64,000 nt of DNA from an uncultured bacterium (GCA_963777505.1 CAVZQN010000004.1:1760001-1824000), one strand, 5' to 3'; counted from the first letter of the stretch, positions 1 through 11,686 are shown. Translations and numbers: made by a program. Notes: generated from the letters alone by a model not told the origin.

Positions 1-1
1 A

Positions 2-898
<897 letters not shown>

Positions 899-906
899 GT
901 TTATAC

Positions 907-981
907 GGAGCGCGGACATCCTGTCGGCATTGCGGACGCGGACATCCTCCGCATTACGGGCCGCAGGCATCCTTGCCTGCG
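907..981. repeat. REP-like palindrome cluster, family A (GGAGCGCGGACATCC...CCGC)
   Basis: Three imperfect GC hairpins; inverted near-copy at 1878-1985 and related copy at 50395-50502. Confidence 0.85.
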
Positions 982-1008
982 AGAGAATTTCACGAGTTTG
1001 TGGTTCGT

Positions 1009-1845
1009 TTATTCATCCAGCATCGGCCAAAGTCTCCGGGCCAGGGCAATCCTGCTGTAATCACGATCAATTTGAAAGCCATCTTCGATTGTCCAAATTG
1101 CGGAGAGAACTGCTTGGGTAAACGCCCAGGAAAGCACACGCATTGCATCGAGATTCAACTCAGATGCAAAGCGTTTGACTCGTTTCTGAATTGTTGAAGC
1201 ATTAGCAAACAACTCCGGCTTTTCAATCGGATTTCTCAGCGCGGCACCAATCTCGTATTCAAGTTCTCCGACAACGCCTTTTGGATCGATAGCGAGCCAT
1301 CCGCGCTCATCATCAAACAGTACGTTGCCGTGATGTAAATCGCCGTGTAAAAGCCGTACCCGCTTTTGTGAACGACATAAATTCAGGTACAACTCGTGCG
1401 CCTCCGAAAGCAGATCCTTTGGAATTTGTTTGTCACTACTCGCTGTATAGTGCTCGAATCCTTTACCCCAAACTTTCACAGTTGGTACAAAGTGCATTGG
1501 TTCTTGCGGTGACATTTTCTTAATCGTCGCAGCTAATGCGGTTGTCGCTTCATCATCATCTGTCATGCTCACGAGCGATTGGGCCGGACTTAAGCGTTCC
1601 AGTAACATCGCACCTTCGATGTATTTGTAGACTCTTACCATTCCGCGTCCATCAAATGCATCAAGTATTTCGCCTGCTCGCCATTCATCTCCGTAATTCT
1701 TGATAACCTTTAGCACAACCGGCTGTTTATCACGTTTGCCAAAAGCAATAATCGAAGTATCGGTTTCAGTAACGTGATCAACATCAACTCTCCATGTACG
1801 GACCCGCTCCTCAAATCGTTTCCGTAATTCAATCGATAAGTTCAT
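1009..1845 (-). CDS. APH(6)/StrB-like aminoglycoside-hydroxyurea resistance kinase family protein
   Basis: VVLK, LLERL, LLHGDLHHGNVL and WLAIDPKG motifs; 278 aa. Confidence 0.85.
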   Translation of the reverse strand: MNLSIELRKRFEERVRTWRVDVDHVTETDTSIIAFGKRDKQPVVLKVIKNYGDEWRAGEILDAFDGRGMVRVYKYIEGAMLLERLSPAQSLVSMTDDDEATTALAATIKKMSPQEPMHFVPTVKVWGKGFEHYTASSDKQIPKDLLSEAHELYLNLCRSQKRVRLLHGDLHHGNVLFDDERGWLAIDPKGVVGELEYEIGAALRNPIEKPELFANASTIQKRVKRFASELNLDAMRVLSWAFTQAVLSAIWTIEDGFQIDRDYSRIALARRLWPMLDE

Positions 1846-1877
1846 TGTGTGTACTCATGGCGTCTTTGCGGTTGAGC

Positions 1878-1985
1878 TTGCGGACTGGAAGTCCGCGGCC
1901 CGTAATGCGGACAAGGATGTCCGCGCTCCGTAATGCGGACGAGACGTCCGCGGTCCCTAATGCAGGCGGGACGCCTGCGGTCCCT
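1878..1985. repeat. REP-like cluster, family A (four hairpins)
   Basis: Units of TGCGGAC-n-GTCCGCG or TGCAGGC-n-GCCTGCG joined by similar short spacers (CCCGTAA, CTCCGTAA, TCCCTAA). Confidence 0.85.
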
Positions 1986-1987
1986 TA

Positions 1988-3238
1988 CTATTCGTAGTGG
2001 AGTGCAAGGATCGGATCTTGTTTCGCAGCACGGCGGGCGGGGTAGAGGCCAAAGAACAATCCGACAGAAGATGAAACTGTAATTGCCGCAATCACCGCTC
2101 CTGGGCTGACTTTTGCAGGCAACGGTGTTACGGAATTTACCAATAAAGCGACAAGGGCTCCGGCACCGATTCCCAATGCGCCTCCAATCAAGCACAGTGT
2201 CACTGCTTCAATTAAGAATTGCCATAAAATATCACGGCTGCGTGCGCCTAAAGCTTTACGTAATCCGATTTCACGAGTTCGTTCTTTAACAGAAACAAGC
2301 ATGATGTTCATGACTCCAACGCCACCCACCATTAACCCGATTGAAGAAATGACAATCATCACCAGATAAATCGCGCCTGTAATTTGCTTATATGTATCGA
2401 TTAAATTATCCGGTGTTAGTACGCCAAAATTATTCGGTTGATCCGATCTGAGTCTTCGCTGTTTTCTTAATGCTGCAGTGCCTTGATCGATCGCTGCATT
2501 CATTAACTCTGGAGATTGAGGAATGCTCGCGATGTTGATTCCATTCTCACGATAAACATCTGGAAAGATTTTGATGAAAGTCGAAAAGGGGATGACGACA
2601 TACGTATCCCCGGACCCACCCATAAAACTTCCACCCTTTTTTTCAAAAACTCCAATGACTCTAAATTTGTAACTGTTTGCTGTGATGGTTTTGCCTACCG
2701 GATCCACGCCTCCTGGGAAAAGAGCCTCAACGATTGCTTGTCCGATAACAATTACAGAAGTTGCATGTTGTATGTCCGAATCGGTGAGGAATCTTCCCGA
2801 TGCAACGAACGTGTTGTTGCATTCATCGAATGTAGGTTCAACGCCGGCAAAGTTAACTCCTGTTGTTTTTTCATTTCCATATTTTAGAGTCATGTCCCAG
2901 TAATACGCTTCAGGTGAAACTGATTTTATGGCTGGAGAAAATGCGCGGATTGCTTGCGCATCTTCATGCCGCAATGGCGGACGTGCACGTTGTTCGCGTG
3001 TTGGGCGATGGAACGTGACTGGATCTCGTTTCTGAAACTGAATGAGATGTGGACCCATCGATTGCATCGTTTCCATCATGCTGGAATTCAATCCTTCAAT
3101 GACTGCAACCATACCGATGACAGCCATGACACCAATGACAATTCCAAGAATTGTAAGGAATGCGCGAAGCTTATTACTTCGTATTGATGTGAAAGCCTGC
3201 ACGAAGGCTTCGTTGACTGCGTATAAGTGTTTTTTCAT
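1988..3238 (-). CDS. MacB/FtsX-family ABC permease (no ATPase domain)
   Basis: [50 protein letters not shown]; start MKKH overlaps the upstream stop (ATGA). Confidence 0.93.
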   Translation of the reverse strand: MKKHLYAVNEAFVQAFTSIRSNKLRAFLTILGIVIGVMAVIGMVAVIEGLNSSMMETMQSMGPHLIQFQKRDPVTFHRPTREQRARPPLRHEDAQAIRAFSPAIKSVSPEAYYWDMTLKYGNEKTTGVNFAGVEPTFDECNNTFVASGRFLTDSDIQHATSVIVIGQAIVEALFPGGVDPVGKTITANSYKFRVIGVFEKKGGSFMGGSGDTYVVIPFSTFIKIFPDVYRENGINIASIPQSPELMNAAIDQGTAALRKQRRLRSDQPNNFGVLTPDNLIDTYKQITGAIYLVMIVISSIGLMVGGVGVMNIMLVSVKERTREIGLRKALGARSRDILWQFLIEAVTLCLIGGALGIGAGALVALLVNSVTPLPAKVSPGAVIAAITVSSSVGLFFGLYPARRAAKQDPILALHYE

Positions 3239-4473
3239 TCCGATCTCAATGCAACAATCGGATCCAGTTTCGATGCTTTCATTGCAGGCCATAATCCTGA
3301 AACAAGGCCCACAGATGACGCGAGAAGCAGTCCTGCGATGACTGGTGCTGGTTCGAGCCGTGAAGGCAGAGAGCTGATAAGTGACACAAGTTTTGCAGCG
3401 CCCGCACCCAATGCCACACCGATCAAGCCACCGCTTGCGGCGAGTAAAATCGATTCAAGCAAAAACTGTCTGCGGATGTCGCGGCTGCGTGCTCCCATTG
3501 CTTTCCGAAGTCCAATCTCAGATGTGCGTTCTACAACTGAAACAAGCATGATGTTCATGATTACAATGCCACCTACAATAAGCGCGATAGAAGAAATACC
3601 CATCATTGCGGCAAATGCACCAGCAGTAAAAGTACGCCATAAATCGACAAGAGTATCTGTTGTTAAGATTTCAAAACCATCATCGTCATGGTATCTGCGA
3701 TGATGCCGTGCTCTTAATGCAACGCGCGCCTGATCTTGAGCTTGAGCCATTTGAGCGACATCTTCTGTGCGGACCATGATGAACAAGTAATTCTGTTTGC
3801 CGAAAATTTTGTGAAACGTGCTGATTGGAATTTCTACAACTTTGTCACGGCTTTCATGCAGAAATGTCCCGTATTTTTTAAGTACTCCAATCACTTGAAA
3901 ACGACGGTTGTTGATGTGTACTACTTTCCCGATCGGATCAAGATTCGGGAAAAGTCCATTCGCGATTTCGTGTCCCAACACAGTTGTATATGCGCTGTGT
4001 TCCTGCTCCCAATCCGTAAAATATCTTCCTTGAACGATTGTTCGTTTGGCGACATCTGACATATTCGCCGTTGCGCCATAGACTTCAGGATCTTCAATTG
4101 TTTCGCGTCCGGCAGCAACATCGACAGTGATGTTATTAAAAAAAGAAGGGACTACAGACAATGCGCCAACTTCCTCGCACAGCGAGCAATTCTCTTCTAC
4201 GATTTTCATATCTTCGAGTGTCATGTCCTTCCGTCGTTGTGCCTCTTCCCACTCTTCGTTATTTGTAATTAAGCCGAAACGATCGATGCGAAACGTATTG
4301 CTGCCGGCTTCTGTAATTGTGCTGATCACATAACGATTCATTCCTTGAATAATGGAAACAACCGTAATGACAGTTGTAACTCCAATGATGACTCCAAGAA
4401 GAGTCAGGAAGGTTCGAAGTTTATTTGCGCGAAAGGTACCTAAGACAAGCCGGAGAATTTCAAAGAAGCTCAT
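3235..4473 (-). CDS. MacB/FtsX-family ABC permease (second paralog)
   Basis: [51 protein letters not shown]; start taken at MSFFE. Confidence 0.93.
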   Translation of the reverse strand: MSFFEILRLVLGTFRANKLRTFLTLLGVIIGVTTVITVVSIIQGMNRYVISTITEAGSNTFRIDRFGLITNNEEWEEAQRRKDMTLEDMKIVEENCSLCEEVGALSVVPSFFNNITVDVAAGRETIEDPEVYGATANMSDVAKRTIVQGRYFTDWEQEHSAYTTVLGHEIANGLFPNLDPIGKVVHINNRRFQVIGVLKKYGTFLHESRDKVVEIPISTFHKIFGKQNYLFIMVRTEDVAQMAQAQDQARVALRARHHRRYHDDDGFEILTTDTLVDLWRTFTAGAFAAMMGISSIALIVGGIVIMNIMLVSVVERTSEIGLRKAMGARSRDIRRQFLLESILLAASGGLIGVALGAGAAKLVSLISSLPSRLEPAPVIAGLLLASSVGLVSGLWPAMKASKLDPIVALRSE

Positions 4474-5188
4474 GAGTTGCGGCGGGCAGGGACGCCCGCC
4501 CTCCAACGTTTTCTGACGGATGATCTGATTCAACAACACCATCGCGCAACCGTATCACGCGATTTGCGTGGACTGCTACTTCAGGATCATGGGTGACCAG
4601 AATGATTGTATTTCCGCCTGAGTGAAGGCGGTCAAATAGATTCAAAATGTCGCGTCCTGTATTGGAATCGAGATTTCCGGTTGGTTCATCAGCAAGCAAG
4701 ATGGAAGGACGATTGATTAAGGCACGCGCGATGGCAACACGCTGACGCTGTCCACCTGAAAGTTCGTTTGGACGATGATGCATACGATCAGCTAAATCAA
4801 CTTCTTCCAGAGTTTTTTTCGCGCGCTCCAATCTTTCTTCTCTTGGGACATTGCTATACACAAGCGGCAATTGAATATTTTCAAGCGCGCTGTAGCGTGG
4901 CAGTAAATGGAACGATTGAAAAACGAATCCCACTTCTTTATTGCGGACTTTTGCAAGCTCATCATCGGTTAACGCGCTGACTGCTTGTCCGTTTAACCAG
5001 TATTCGCCTTCAGATGGTGTATCCAAACATCCAAGCAAATTCATGAGTGTCGATTTGCCGGAACCTGATGGTCCCATGATTGCAACGTATTCCCCTTTGT
5101 TCAATTCAATATCTACACCATTGAGAGCTTTCACTAGCTCTTCGCCCATCTGGTAGATTTTTTTTAGACCTTCAGTCTTAATGATCAT
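4460..5188 (-). CDS. ABC ATP-binding protein (MacB/LolD type)
   Basis: Walker [33 protein letters not shown]. Confidence 0.95.
   Translation of the reverse strand: MIIKTEGLKKIYQMGEELVKALNGVDIELNKGEYVAIMGPSGSGKSTLMNLLGCLDTPSEGEYWLNGQAVSALTDDELAKVRNKEVGFVFQSFHLLPRYSALENIQLPLVYSNVPREERLERAKKTLEEVDLADRMHHRPNELSGGQRQRVAIARALINRPSILLADEPTGNLDSNTGRDILNLFDRLHSGGNTIILVTHDPEVAVHANRVIRLRDGVVESDHPSENVGGRASLPAATHELL
4479..4504. repeat. Single REP-like hairpin inside the ATPase 3' end
   Basis: GGCGGGC-AGGGAC-GCCCGCC-CTCC, resembling family A. Confidence 0.65.
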
Positions 5189-6441
5189 TCTTTTGAATCT
5201 TTTTTATCTTTTTTGTCTTCTTCTTTCTTGACTTCGATTAAATCGCCTTCGTTGAGTTCTCGCAACGTCTGATATGTGCCGGTAACGATTTGTTCGCCGC
5301 CATTCAGGCCTTCCTTTATTTCGATATCCATATCGCCCATCACTCCAGTTTTTACCTGGCGGAATTGAGCTTTTCCCTGACTCATCAGAAAGACACCTTC
5401 TTTTTCACGTTCTTCTTTCGGTTTATTTTTTAAAGCTGAATCTTTTTCCCCAAGATCGCGGACGACGAGTGCCTGAATTGGGACTGTGACACACTTCTCG
5501 CGAACTGCAGTAATGATTTCACCATCGGCAGTTAATCCGGGACGCAAGTTCACATCCGGTTTTTGAAGAGTAATCGTTACTTTAAAATCCGTGGCTTCTT
5601 GACTGCCTGTGCCTTTTACAATTGGACTATTTCCGATTTCCGTGACTTCACCATAAAATTTTTTTCCAAGGAAAGCATCAACTGTGACAGTTGCTTTCTG
5701 GCCAAGCTCAAGCAAACCAATATCTGTTTCATCAACTTCGAGTTCAGCTTCCATAACTGAAAGATCCGCAACAGTAAGCAGAACAGTTCCAGGATTGTTC
5801 ATCGTTCCGATGACTGCGACTTCACCTTCTTCTACTGCTTTGCGAACAACAACTCCACTCATCGGTGAAACAACACGTGTTTTATTCAAGTCATCTTGAG
5901 AACGCTCCAGCCTTGCTTCGGCTTGCTCAACAGCATGACGAGCCGAACTTACGCGCGCTTGTTGGACTTCGAAATCGGTCTTACTTCTTTCATATTCATC
6001 TTCGGAGATCACACCCGATTTTTGATCCCACATTCTAGCTTTTCGTTTGTACGATTGTTCGGCTTGTTTGAAACTGGCAATTGAGGAATCGAGTTCGGAT
6101 CGTGCTCCGCTCAGCGAGGCTCTTGCGTTTGATACTTCTGCTTGAAATGGAATAGGATCAATCTGAAGTAAGAAAGCATCTTTACGAACGACGTCACCTT
6201 CTTCCAGATCGAGCTGAATTATTTTTCCAGGAATGCTGGCGCTAATATCGACTTTACGCTTTGGTTCTATTTTTCCAGATGCAGAAACCTGGGAAACAAG
6301 TCTTTGAGTCTTAACAAAGTCGGTTTGGACTTCAATGGTTTTGGTTCGATTTTTAGAGACATAAAAGGCTGCAGAAGCGCCGCCTAGCAGGAGGATCGCA
6401 AGTACAATCCAGAGTTTTCGTCGTTTTTTCAATGCAGCCAT
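5185..6441 (-). CDS. MacA/HlyD-type periplasmic adaptor
   Basis: N-terminal TM anchor, VSASGKIEP, lipoyl-like halves around a coiled coil, [14 protein letters not shown]. Confidence 0.92.
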   Translation of the reverse strand: MAALKKRRKLWIVLAILLLGGASAAFYVSKNRTKTIEVQTDFVKTQRLVSQVSASGKIEPKRKVDISASIPGKIIQLDLEEGDVVRKDAFLLQIDPIPFQAEVSNARASLSGARSELDSSIASFKQAEQSYKRKARMWDQKSGVISEDEYERSKTDFEVQQARVSSARHAVEQAEARLERSQDDLNKTRVVSPMSGVVVRKAVEEGEVAVIGTMNNPGTVLLTVADLSVMEAELEVDETDIGLLELGQKATVTVDAFLGKKFYGEVTEIGNSPIVKGTGSQEATDFKVTITLQKPDVNLRPGLTADGEIITAVREKCVTVPIQALVVRDLGEKDSALKNKPKEEREKEGVFLMSQGKAQFRQVKTGVMGDMDIEIKEGLNGGEQIVTGTYQTLRELNEGDLIEVKKEEDKKDKKDSKE

Positions 6442-6479
6442 TTCAAGATCAAAAATGAAAAATCAAAATAAAAATGAAT

Positions 6480-6722
6480 TTATTTTTTATCTTTTATTTT
6501 TAAATCTTTGTGAAATTCTACTTTGATTTCGCCAACGCCATTTACTTTTGCCCATTCTGAATAGCGCTGTTGAATCAATGTTTCTACAGCATGAGGTTCT
6601 GTTGTGTGAAGTTTCCCGAGAAAAAAACTCAGCTCTTTTACAACTTCATCGCCTTTTAAGATTTGTCCGGTGCAGCGGCCGGTTGACTCATGAAAAATCA
6701 CAACACACGTTCGTTCAGTCAT
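6480..6722 (-). CDS. Hypothetical 80 aa protein
   Basis: ATGA overlap with the DUF1684 gene inside the operon; no family recognised. Confidence 0.55.
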   Translation of the reverse strand: MTERTCVVIFHESTGRCTGQILKGDEVVKELSFFLGKLHTTEPHAVETLIQQRYSEWAKVNGVGEIKVEFHKDLKIKDKK

Positions 6723-7402
6723 AAGTTTGAATTGAATCTATCTTTCACCGATTTAGCAGCCAGTGAAAGGATTTTTTCGCCTGCAGGAACCGCGACAGTA
6801 ATTCGGTTTTCGTCGGGCGTTACAGGACAAGGAAACGTCCCACCATACGCACATGCAGGATTGTACGCCATGTTGAAATCAATCACATAAAGACCATTAT
6901 CTTTCTCGATCAAATCGATATAACGTCCGGCCGGATAGGTTTCTTTTCCGACATTTGCATCAATGAACGGAACAAATAACATATTTTGTTCCGCCAGATC
7001 CAGCAATCGATACACTTCAAGTCTGAATTCTTTTCCAGTTAGGAAAAATCTGATATATCCGTATTTTACTGCATCCCGTTGCACACCGGAGGTGGTGATC
7101 ATGCTGAATTTTTTCGGATCGGGATAACGATGAACTGGACCTTCAAATCGGAATTTCCAATCGATTGGATAATATTCAAGTCCTGAAAAAACGACTTTGA
7201 TCTCAGCAGGCAATGGAGAGTCAGCAGACTTTTTGAATTCGTCATCTTTTTTCTTGCGGAAATCGATAATCTCCGTTTCCATCCGCTTTGCCATGAAGCT
7301 ATCAGTGTGTACCGGATGAGCGATCGCATTGATGTCAGAAGAAGACTGTTGCCTGCATGCAAAGATGCTGATAACCGCTAAGACGCAAAGAATTTGTTTC
7401 AT
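6719..7402 (-). CDS. DUF1684 family lipoprotein
   Basis: Lipobox IFAC; PFIDA, ETYPAGRYID, IDFNMAYNPACAY, CPVTP; ATGA overlap with pepP. Confidence 0.88.
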   Translation of the reverse strand: MKQILCVLAVISIFACRQQSSSDINAIAHPVHTDSFMAKRMETEIIDFRKKKDDEFKKSADSPLPAEIKVVFSGLEYYPIDWKFRFEGPVHRYPDPKKFSMITTSGVQRDAVKYGYIRFFLTGKEFRLEVYRLLDLAEQNMLFVPFIDANVGKETYPAGRYIDLIEKDNGLYVIDFNMAYNPACAYGGTFPCPVTPDENRITVAVPAGEKILSLAAKSVKDRFNSNL

Positions 7403-8703
7403 GGTTGCCAGCCCGAGCCCACGAGTTCTTCTAAATGCGAAATTTCTTTCGGACATTGTGTTGATAAAACTTTCGGCTCATTTGATGTAATGAGAACATC
7501 ATCTTCGATTCGGATTCCTATATTTCGGAACCGGCCGTCCTCATTATCATCTCCTACATAAATTCCAGGCTCAACAGTGATTATCATGCCTGGCTGCAAA
7601 ATTCGCCACTCGCCATTTTTTCGATACTTTCCAGCATCATGAACATCCATCCCCAACCAGTGGCTGGTTTTGTGCATGAAATATTTTTTGTATGTTTCCG
7701 TTTCAATGTTTTCCTGAACGCTTCCTTTCAACAAACCTGTTGAAATGAGCCCTTCGGTTAAAACCTGAACAGCCGCTTCATGGACTGTGAGTAGAGAATT
7801 TCCAGGCAATGCTTTTGAAATTGCATTTTTTTGTGCTTCTAAAACAATTTCATAAATCGCTTTTTGTTCAGGCGAAAATTTTCCACTTACTGGATACGTG
7901 CGTGTAATGTCCCCTGTGTAATATCCAAATTCTGCGCCTGCATCGACTAACAAAAGATCTCCATCGTTCATTTTTCTGTTATTACTGTGGTAATGCAGAA
8001 TGCATGTAAGCGGTCCTGAACCGACAATCGAAGTATAACCATTTCTCGGCGAACCGCTTGTGCGGAATATGTATTCCAGAACTGCCTGGATTTCATATTC
8101 AAATTTGCCAGCAGCTGCCGCTTTCATTGCACCAATGTGGCCCTTAACGGATATATCGATCGCTTTTTGAATGGACTCTAAATCCTCCGGCGTTTTGATC
8201 AGCCTCATTTCAGAAAGAATTTCAGAGGGATCCACAATTTCAGCCGGCGCTTCAACCCCGGAACGCTGCATCGATTTCATTTTCTCAAGAACAGCAAAAA
8301 TAATCCGGTCTGTTTCAGAATCATTGTTAAATGCGTAATAAAGTTTTTTGGCATTTTGAAGCAATTGTGGAAGAACATCTTGAAGTTCGTTCGTGGTATA
8401 AGCCCGGTTTGCATTGTAATTTCCAACAGCACCCTCTACGCCATTCCTTATGCCAGTCCAGGTTTCCTTTTCTTTATCGCGCGGTAAAACAAACAACGTG
8501 TATTGCTGAACTGGATTTGTAGGCGAAAGCACACAAACGGATTCAGGCTCTTCAAAGCCGGTTAGATAATAAAAATCGGAATCTTGTCTGTATTCATAAT
8601 CAACATCATGATTCCTTCTGCGCACCGGCGCTGCAAAAAAAACAGCCACACCGCCATCCATTTCAGCCATGAAGCGTTTTCGGCGTTCTTCGAAAATATT
8701 CAT
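7399..8703 (-). CDS. pepP: Xaa-Pro aminopeptidase (M24B)
   Basis: YRQDSDFYYLTGF, LHY, DAGAE, DITRT, HWLGMDVHD, EPGIY, GIRIEDD. Confidence 0.95.
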   Translation of the reverse strand: MNIFEERRKRFMAEMDGGVAVFFAAPVRRRNHDVDYEYRQDSDFYYLTGFEEPESVCVLSPTNPVQQYTLFVLPRDKEKETWTGIRNGVEGAVGNYNANRAYTTNELQDVLPQLLQNAKKLYYAFNNDSETDRIIFAVLEKMKSMQRSGVEAPAEIVDPSEILSEMRLIKTPEDLESIQKAIDISVKGHIGAMKAAAAGKFEYEIQAVLEYIFRTSGSPRNGYTSIVGSGPLTCILHYHSNNRKMNDGDLLLVDAGAEFGYYTGDITRTYPVSGKFSPEQKAIYEIVLEAQKNAISKALPGNSLLTVHEAAVQVLTEGLISTGLLKGSVQENIETETYKKYFMHKTSHWLGMDVHDAGKYRKNGEWRILQPGMIITVEPGIYVGDDNEDGRFRNIGIRIEDDVLITSNEPKVLSTQCPKEISHLEELVGSGWQP

Positions 8704-8729
8704 AATTTGGAGTGCGGAATGCGGGCCGC

Positions 8730-8769
8730 AATTTCAGATTTCAGATTTTTGATTTCAGATTGAAATTGA
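8730..8769. repeat. Heptamer (AGATTTC) tandem array, left arm
   Basis: ATTTCAG ATTTCAG ATTTTTG ATTTCAG ATTGAAA; inverted copy at 9177-9231. Confidence 0.75.
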
Positions 8770-8787
8770 ATGATTGTTGGATTGAAA

Positions 8788-9127
8788 TTCATGTGATTGG
8801 CTTGGAGGCTACTTCGTAACTTTTGTTGATTGCCCAATCAACCGACTCCTTAAGTGATTTAAATTTTGAGGCGTAACTGTCAATAATCTCGAATAAGGTC
8901 TTCATCAGTCATATTGACCTTCGCCGAGTCTCACACCCCAGATTTTGGCGATGACACGGATGCAAGATTTCATTAACTTCGCGAAGTTGATCTACTTTTT
9001 CAGCATTGGTCAATCGCTCGTCTGACCAAATTTCACGAACGACCACCGTGAGGTTATGCGCCAGGACTTCATAAAAATGAATTCGATTTGAATGAGCTAG
9101 AGCTTCTACTTGTTTGCTTGTAATCAT
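8788..9127 (-). pseudogene. Small helical hypothetical protein (~110 aa) with about three indels; cassette-like
   Basis: ORF 8909-9127 continues in shifted frames to LFEIIDSYASKFKSLKESVDWAINKSYEVASKPIT*; GTTAGGT lies just upstream of the ATG. Confidence 0.5.
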
Positions 9128-9176
9128 GACCGCTGTCTTACCTAACAGATGTTGTGCTTGTAGCTCGTTATTTCTA

Positions 9177-9231
9177 TCAATCTAAAATCAAAAATTTCAA
9201 TCTGAAATCTGAAATCTCGAATCTAAAATTC
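9177..9231. repeat. Heptamer array, right arm (inverted)
   Basis: TTTCAATCTGAAATCTGAAATCTCGAATCTAAAATTC closely matches the reverse complement of the left arm. Confidence 0.75.
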
Positions 9232-10730
9232 TTTGCATAACCGCAGAGGCTCAGAGCCCAGAGGTTGATATCGACCCAGACGCTTTTAACCTGGGTGTAG
9301 TTTTCAAGCGCATGCATTCCAAGCTCACGGCCGAATCCACTTTGTTTGTATCCACCGAAAGGCGAGGCGGGGTCGTAAATATTGTAAGTGTTAATCCACA
9401 CAGTACCGGCTTTCAGTTTGCGGGCAATGTAATGTGCTTTCTTGATATCGCGAGTCCAGATTCCTGCGGCAAGACCATAAATGGAATCATTTGCTTGAGT
9501 GATCAGATCGTCGATTGTGCTGAACTGAATTGTAGAAAGTACAGGTCCAAAAATTTCCTCGCGTGCGATGCGCATCTGATTTGTGACATTGTCAAAAATT
9601 GTTGGCTGAACGAAGTAGCCTTTACCATCTCCAACTTTTGCTTTCTCGCCTCCGAGGACTAACTTTGCGCCTTCTTCTTTGCCGGAGGCAATGTAAGTCA
9701 GGATTTTGTCCAATTGATCTTTTGAACAAAGCGGACCGAACCGTGTTTTAGGATCCAGCGGGTCGCCTACCTGCATTTTCTTTCCGCGTTCCAATAATTT
9801 TTCGATAAATGCATCGTGGGCCGATTCCTGAACGAAGAGCCGCGAACCCGCAGCACAGACTTCACCCTTGTTGTAAAAAATTCCGGTTAACGCACCACGT
9901 GCGGCTGCATCAAGGTCTGCATCATCCAGAACAATATTCGGAGATTTCCCTCCGAGTTCCAGAGTTACCTTCTTTATGGTTTTTGCAGCTTCTTGCATGA
10001 TCGTAACACCGGTTGATGTGCCACCTGTAAATGCGATCTTGTCAATTCCGGGATGCCGAACCAATGACATACCTGTTGTGCGCCCTGAACCTGTCACAAC
10101 GTTGTATGCGCCTTCAGGCAATCCGACTTCTTTGCAGATCTCAGCAAATTTCAGTGCAGACAATGGACTTTGCTCCGATGGTTTATGAACAACTGTATTT
10201 CCCATTGCTAGTGCAGGAGCAATTTTCCATGACGCCAGCAGGAAAGGAAAATTCCATGGCGTGATTGCACCAACAACACCAAGCGGTTCTCGCAATGTGT
10301 AATTCAAGAAATTGCCACGCACAGGAATCGTCTCACCGTGATATTTGTTCGCCCATCCTGCGTAATACATAAAAAGATCAGCTACAAAAGGAACATCTAT
10401 ATTCCTGCTTTCGGAAATCGGTTTTCCGATGTCGATTGTTTCGCAATATGCAAGTTCATCTGCGCGTGCAAGAATTGCTTCACCTAATTTGTAAAGCACC
10501 TTGCCACGATCCGTTGCACTCAACTTGCTCCATGCGCCTTTTTCATAAGCATCACGCGCCGCAGAAACTGCAGCGTTTACATCCTCATCATCTGCAAGTG
10601 CGATTTCCATGATCGATTCCTCAGATGCAGGATTCGTAGTTACGAAATTTTTTCCGGAATGAGGGTCCACCCATTCATTGTTGATGAAAAGTTTTTTTGA
10701 GGGTGGCAGAGGATGTTTATGTTCAGCCAT
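9177..10730 (-). CDS. NAD(P)-dependent aldehyde dehydrogenase (true stop probably near 9258)
   Basis: [23 protein letters not shown], catalytic [22 protein letters not shown]; start MAEHK has an AGGAG RBS. Confidence 0.95.
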   Translation of the reverse strand: MAEHKHPLPPSKKLFINNEWVDPHSGKNFVTTNPASEESIMEIALADDEDVNAAVSAARDAYEKGAWSKLSATDRGKVLYKLGEAILARADELAYCETIDIGKPISESRNIDVPFVADLFMYYAGWANKYHGETIPVRGNFLNYTLREPLGVVGAITPWNFPFLLASWKIAPALAMGNTVVHKPSEQSPLSALKFAEICKEVGLPEGAYNVVTGSGRTTGMSLVRHPGIDKIAFTGGTSTGVTIMQEAAKTIKKVTLELGGKSPNIVLDDADLDAAARGALTGIFYNKGEVCAAGSRLFVQESAHDAFIEKLLERGKKMQVGDPLDPKTRFGPLCSKDQLDKILTYIASGKEEGAKLVLGGEKAKVGDGKGYFVQPTIFDNVTNQMRIAREEIFGPVLSTIQFSTIDDLITQANDSIYGLAAGIWTRDIKKAHYIARKLKAGTVWINTYNIYDPASPFGGYKQSGFGRELGMHALENYTQVKSVWVDINLWALSLCGYAKNFRFEISDFRLKFLILD

Positions 10731-10794
10731 GATTATTTCTCCTGACGTTTGTAGATAGGCACGCAGCCGAGCGAATGCGAGGCAGTGCCGTTCT

Positions 10795-11583
10795 TCATTT
10801 TCCTTTAAATTGCGGTGGACGTTTTTCCAGATATGCTTTGAGCCCTTCTGCGGCATCATCACTTTCAAAAAGCTGCTGTTGTAACTCACGTTCAAGCGCT
10901 AGCGCATCTTGAAATGGAAGCTCAAGCCCTGTTTGAACTGCCCGTTTTATTCTGCCTGCAGCTTTACTTGCTTTTGATGGGGGTAAAAACTGGCGGGCAT
11001 ACTTCAGCATTTCTTCAGTAAAGTTTTCGGATTCAAAAATCTGATTAATAAGACCGATCTTGAATGCTTCATCGAAGTCGAAAGTTTTTCCAAGTGTCAT
11101 CATTTCAATCGCTTTCGATTTTCCAATCAGGCGTGGAAGACGTTGCGTACCGCCGGTTCCCGGCAGAACTCCAAGATTGATTTCGGGAAGCCCGATTTTG
11201 CCTGCGCCGCGCCGGGCGATTCGAATATCTGCAGCAAGTGCCACTTCCAGGCCTCCGCCAACGCAATGTCCATTTAATGCAGCAATGACTAATTTTGGAG
11301 TCTGTTCCAATCGGTTCAAAGTTTCATTCGCATGAAGACAAAAATAATACTTAAATTCGGGAGTAACGCTTGTGAGCATCGCAATATTTGCTCCCGCGCA
11401 AAAGAATTTTTCACCTTTGCCTGTAAGAACTAAGACATGAACTTGTTCGTTCATTCTTGTTTGAAGGATTAAGTCATCGAGTTGTCGCATCATTTCATAC
11501 GAGTATGTATTGGCGGGAGGATCATTGAGTGTTAAGACTGCAATTCCATCAACGAAAGAATATTCGACAAGTTGGTTATTCAT
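10795..11583 (-). CDS. Enoyl-CoA hydratase/isomerase (crotonase)
   Basis: FFCAGAN, NGHCVGGGLE, PEINLGVLPGTGGTQRL. Confidence 0.93.
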   Translation of the reverse strand: MNNQLVEYSFVDGIAVLTLNDPPANTYSYEMMRQLDDLILQTRMNEQVHVLVLTGKGEKFFCAGANIAMLTSVTPEFKYYFCLHANETLNRLEQTPKLVIAALNGHCVGGGLEVALAADIRIARRGAGKIGLPEINLGVLPGTGGTQRLPRLIGKSKAIEMMTLGKTFDFDEAFKIGLINQIFESENFTEEMLKYARQFLPPSKASKAAGRIKRAVQTGLELPFQDALALERELQQQLFESDDAAEGLKAYLEKRPPQFKGK

Positions 11584-11686
11584 ATACGACCTAAGTGTAA
11601 AGTTTTCAGGCTGTAGCGGAAAGGAACGCTATCAAAAGAACGTACATTCTAGCATAGAGGCTGGAGTCAATTACTGCCCAAAATCT

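Noticed and set aside
1878-1985. Regularly spaced repeats as a CRISPR array
   Set aside because: Units are adjacent, variable hairpins with no unique 30-40 nt spacers; no cas operon is in the window.
9177-9260. Novel C-terminal extension of the ALDH
   Set aside because: It is translated repeat DNA ([10 protein letters not shown]) beyond the normal family end; probably a lost stop.
9177-11583. Benzoyl-CoA (box) degradation cluster
   Set aside because: The crotonase and ALDH are compatible with it, but no boxA/boxB or aryl-CoA ligase is adjacent, so substrates cannot be assigned.
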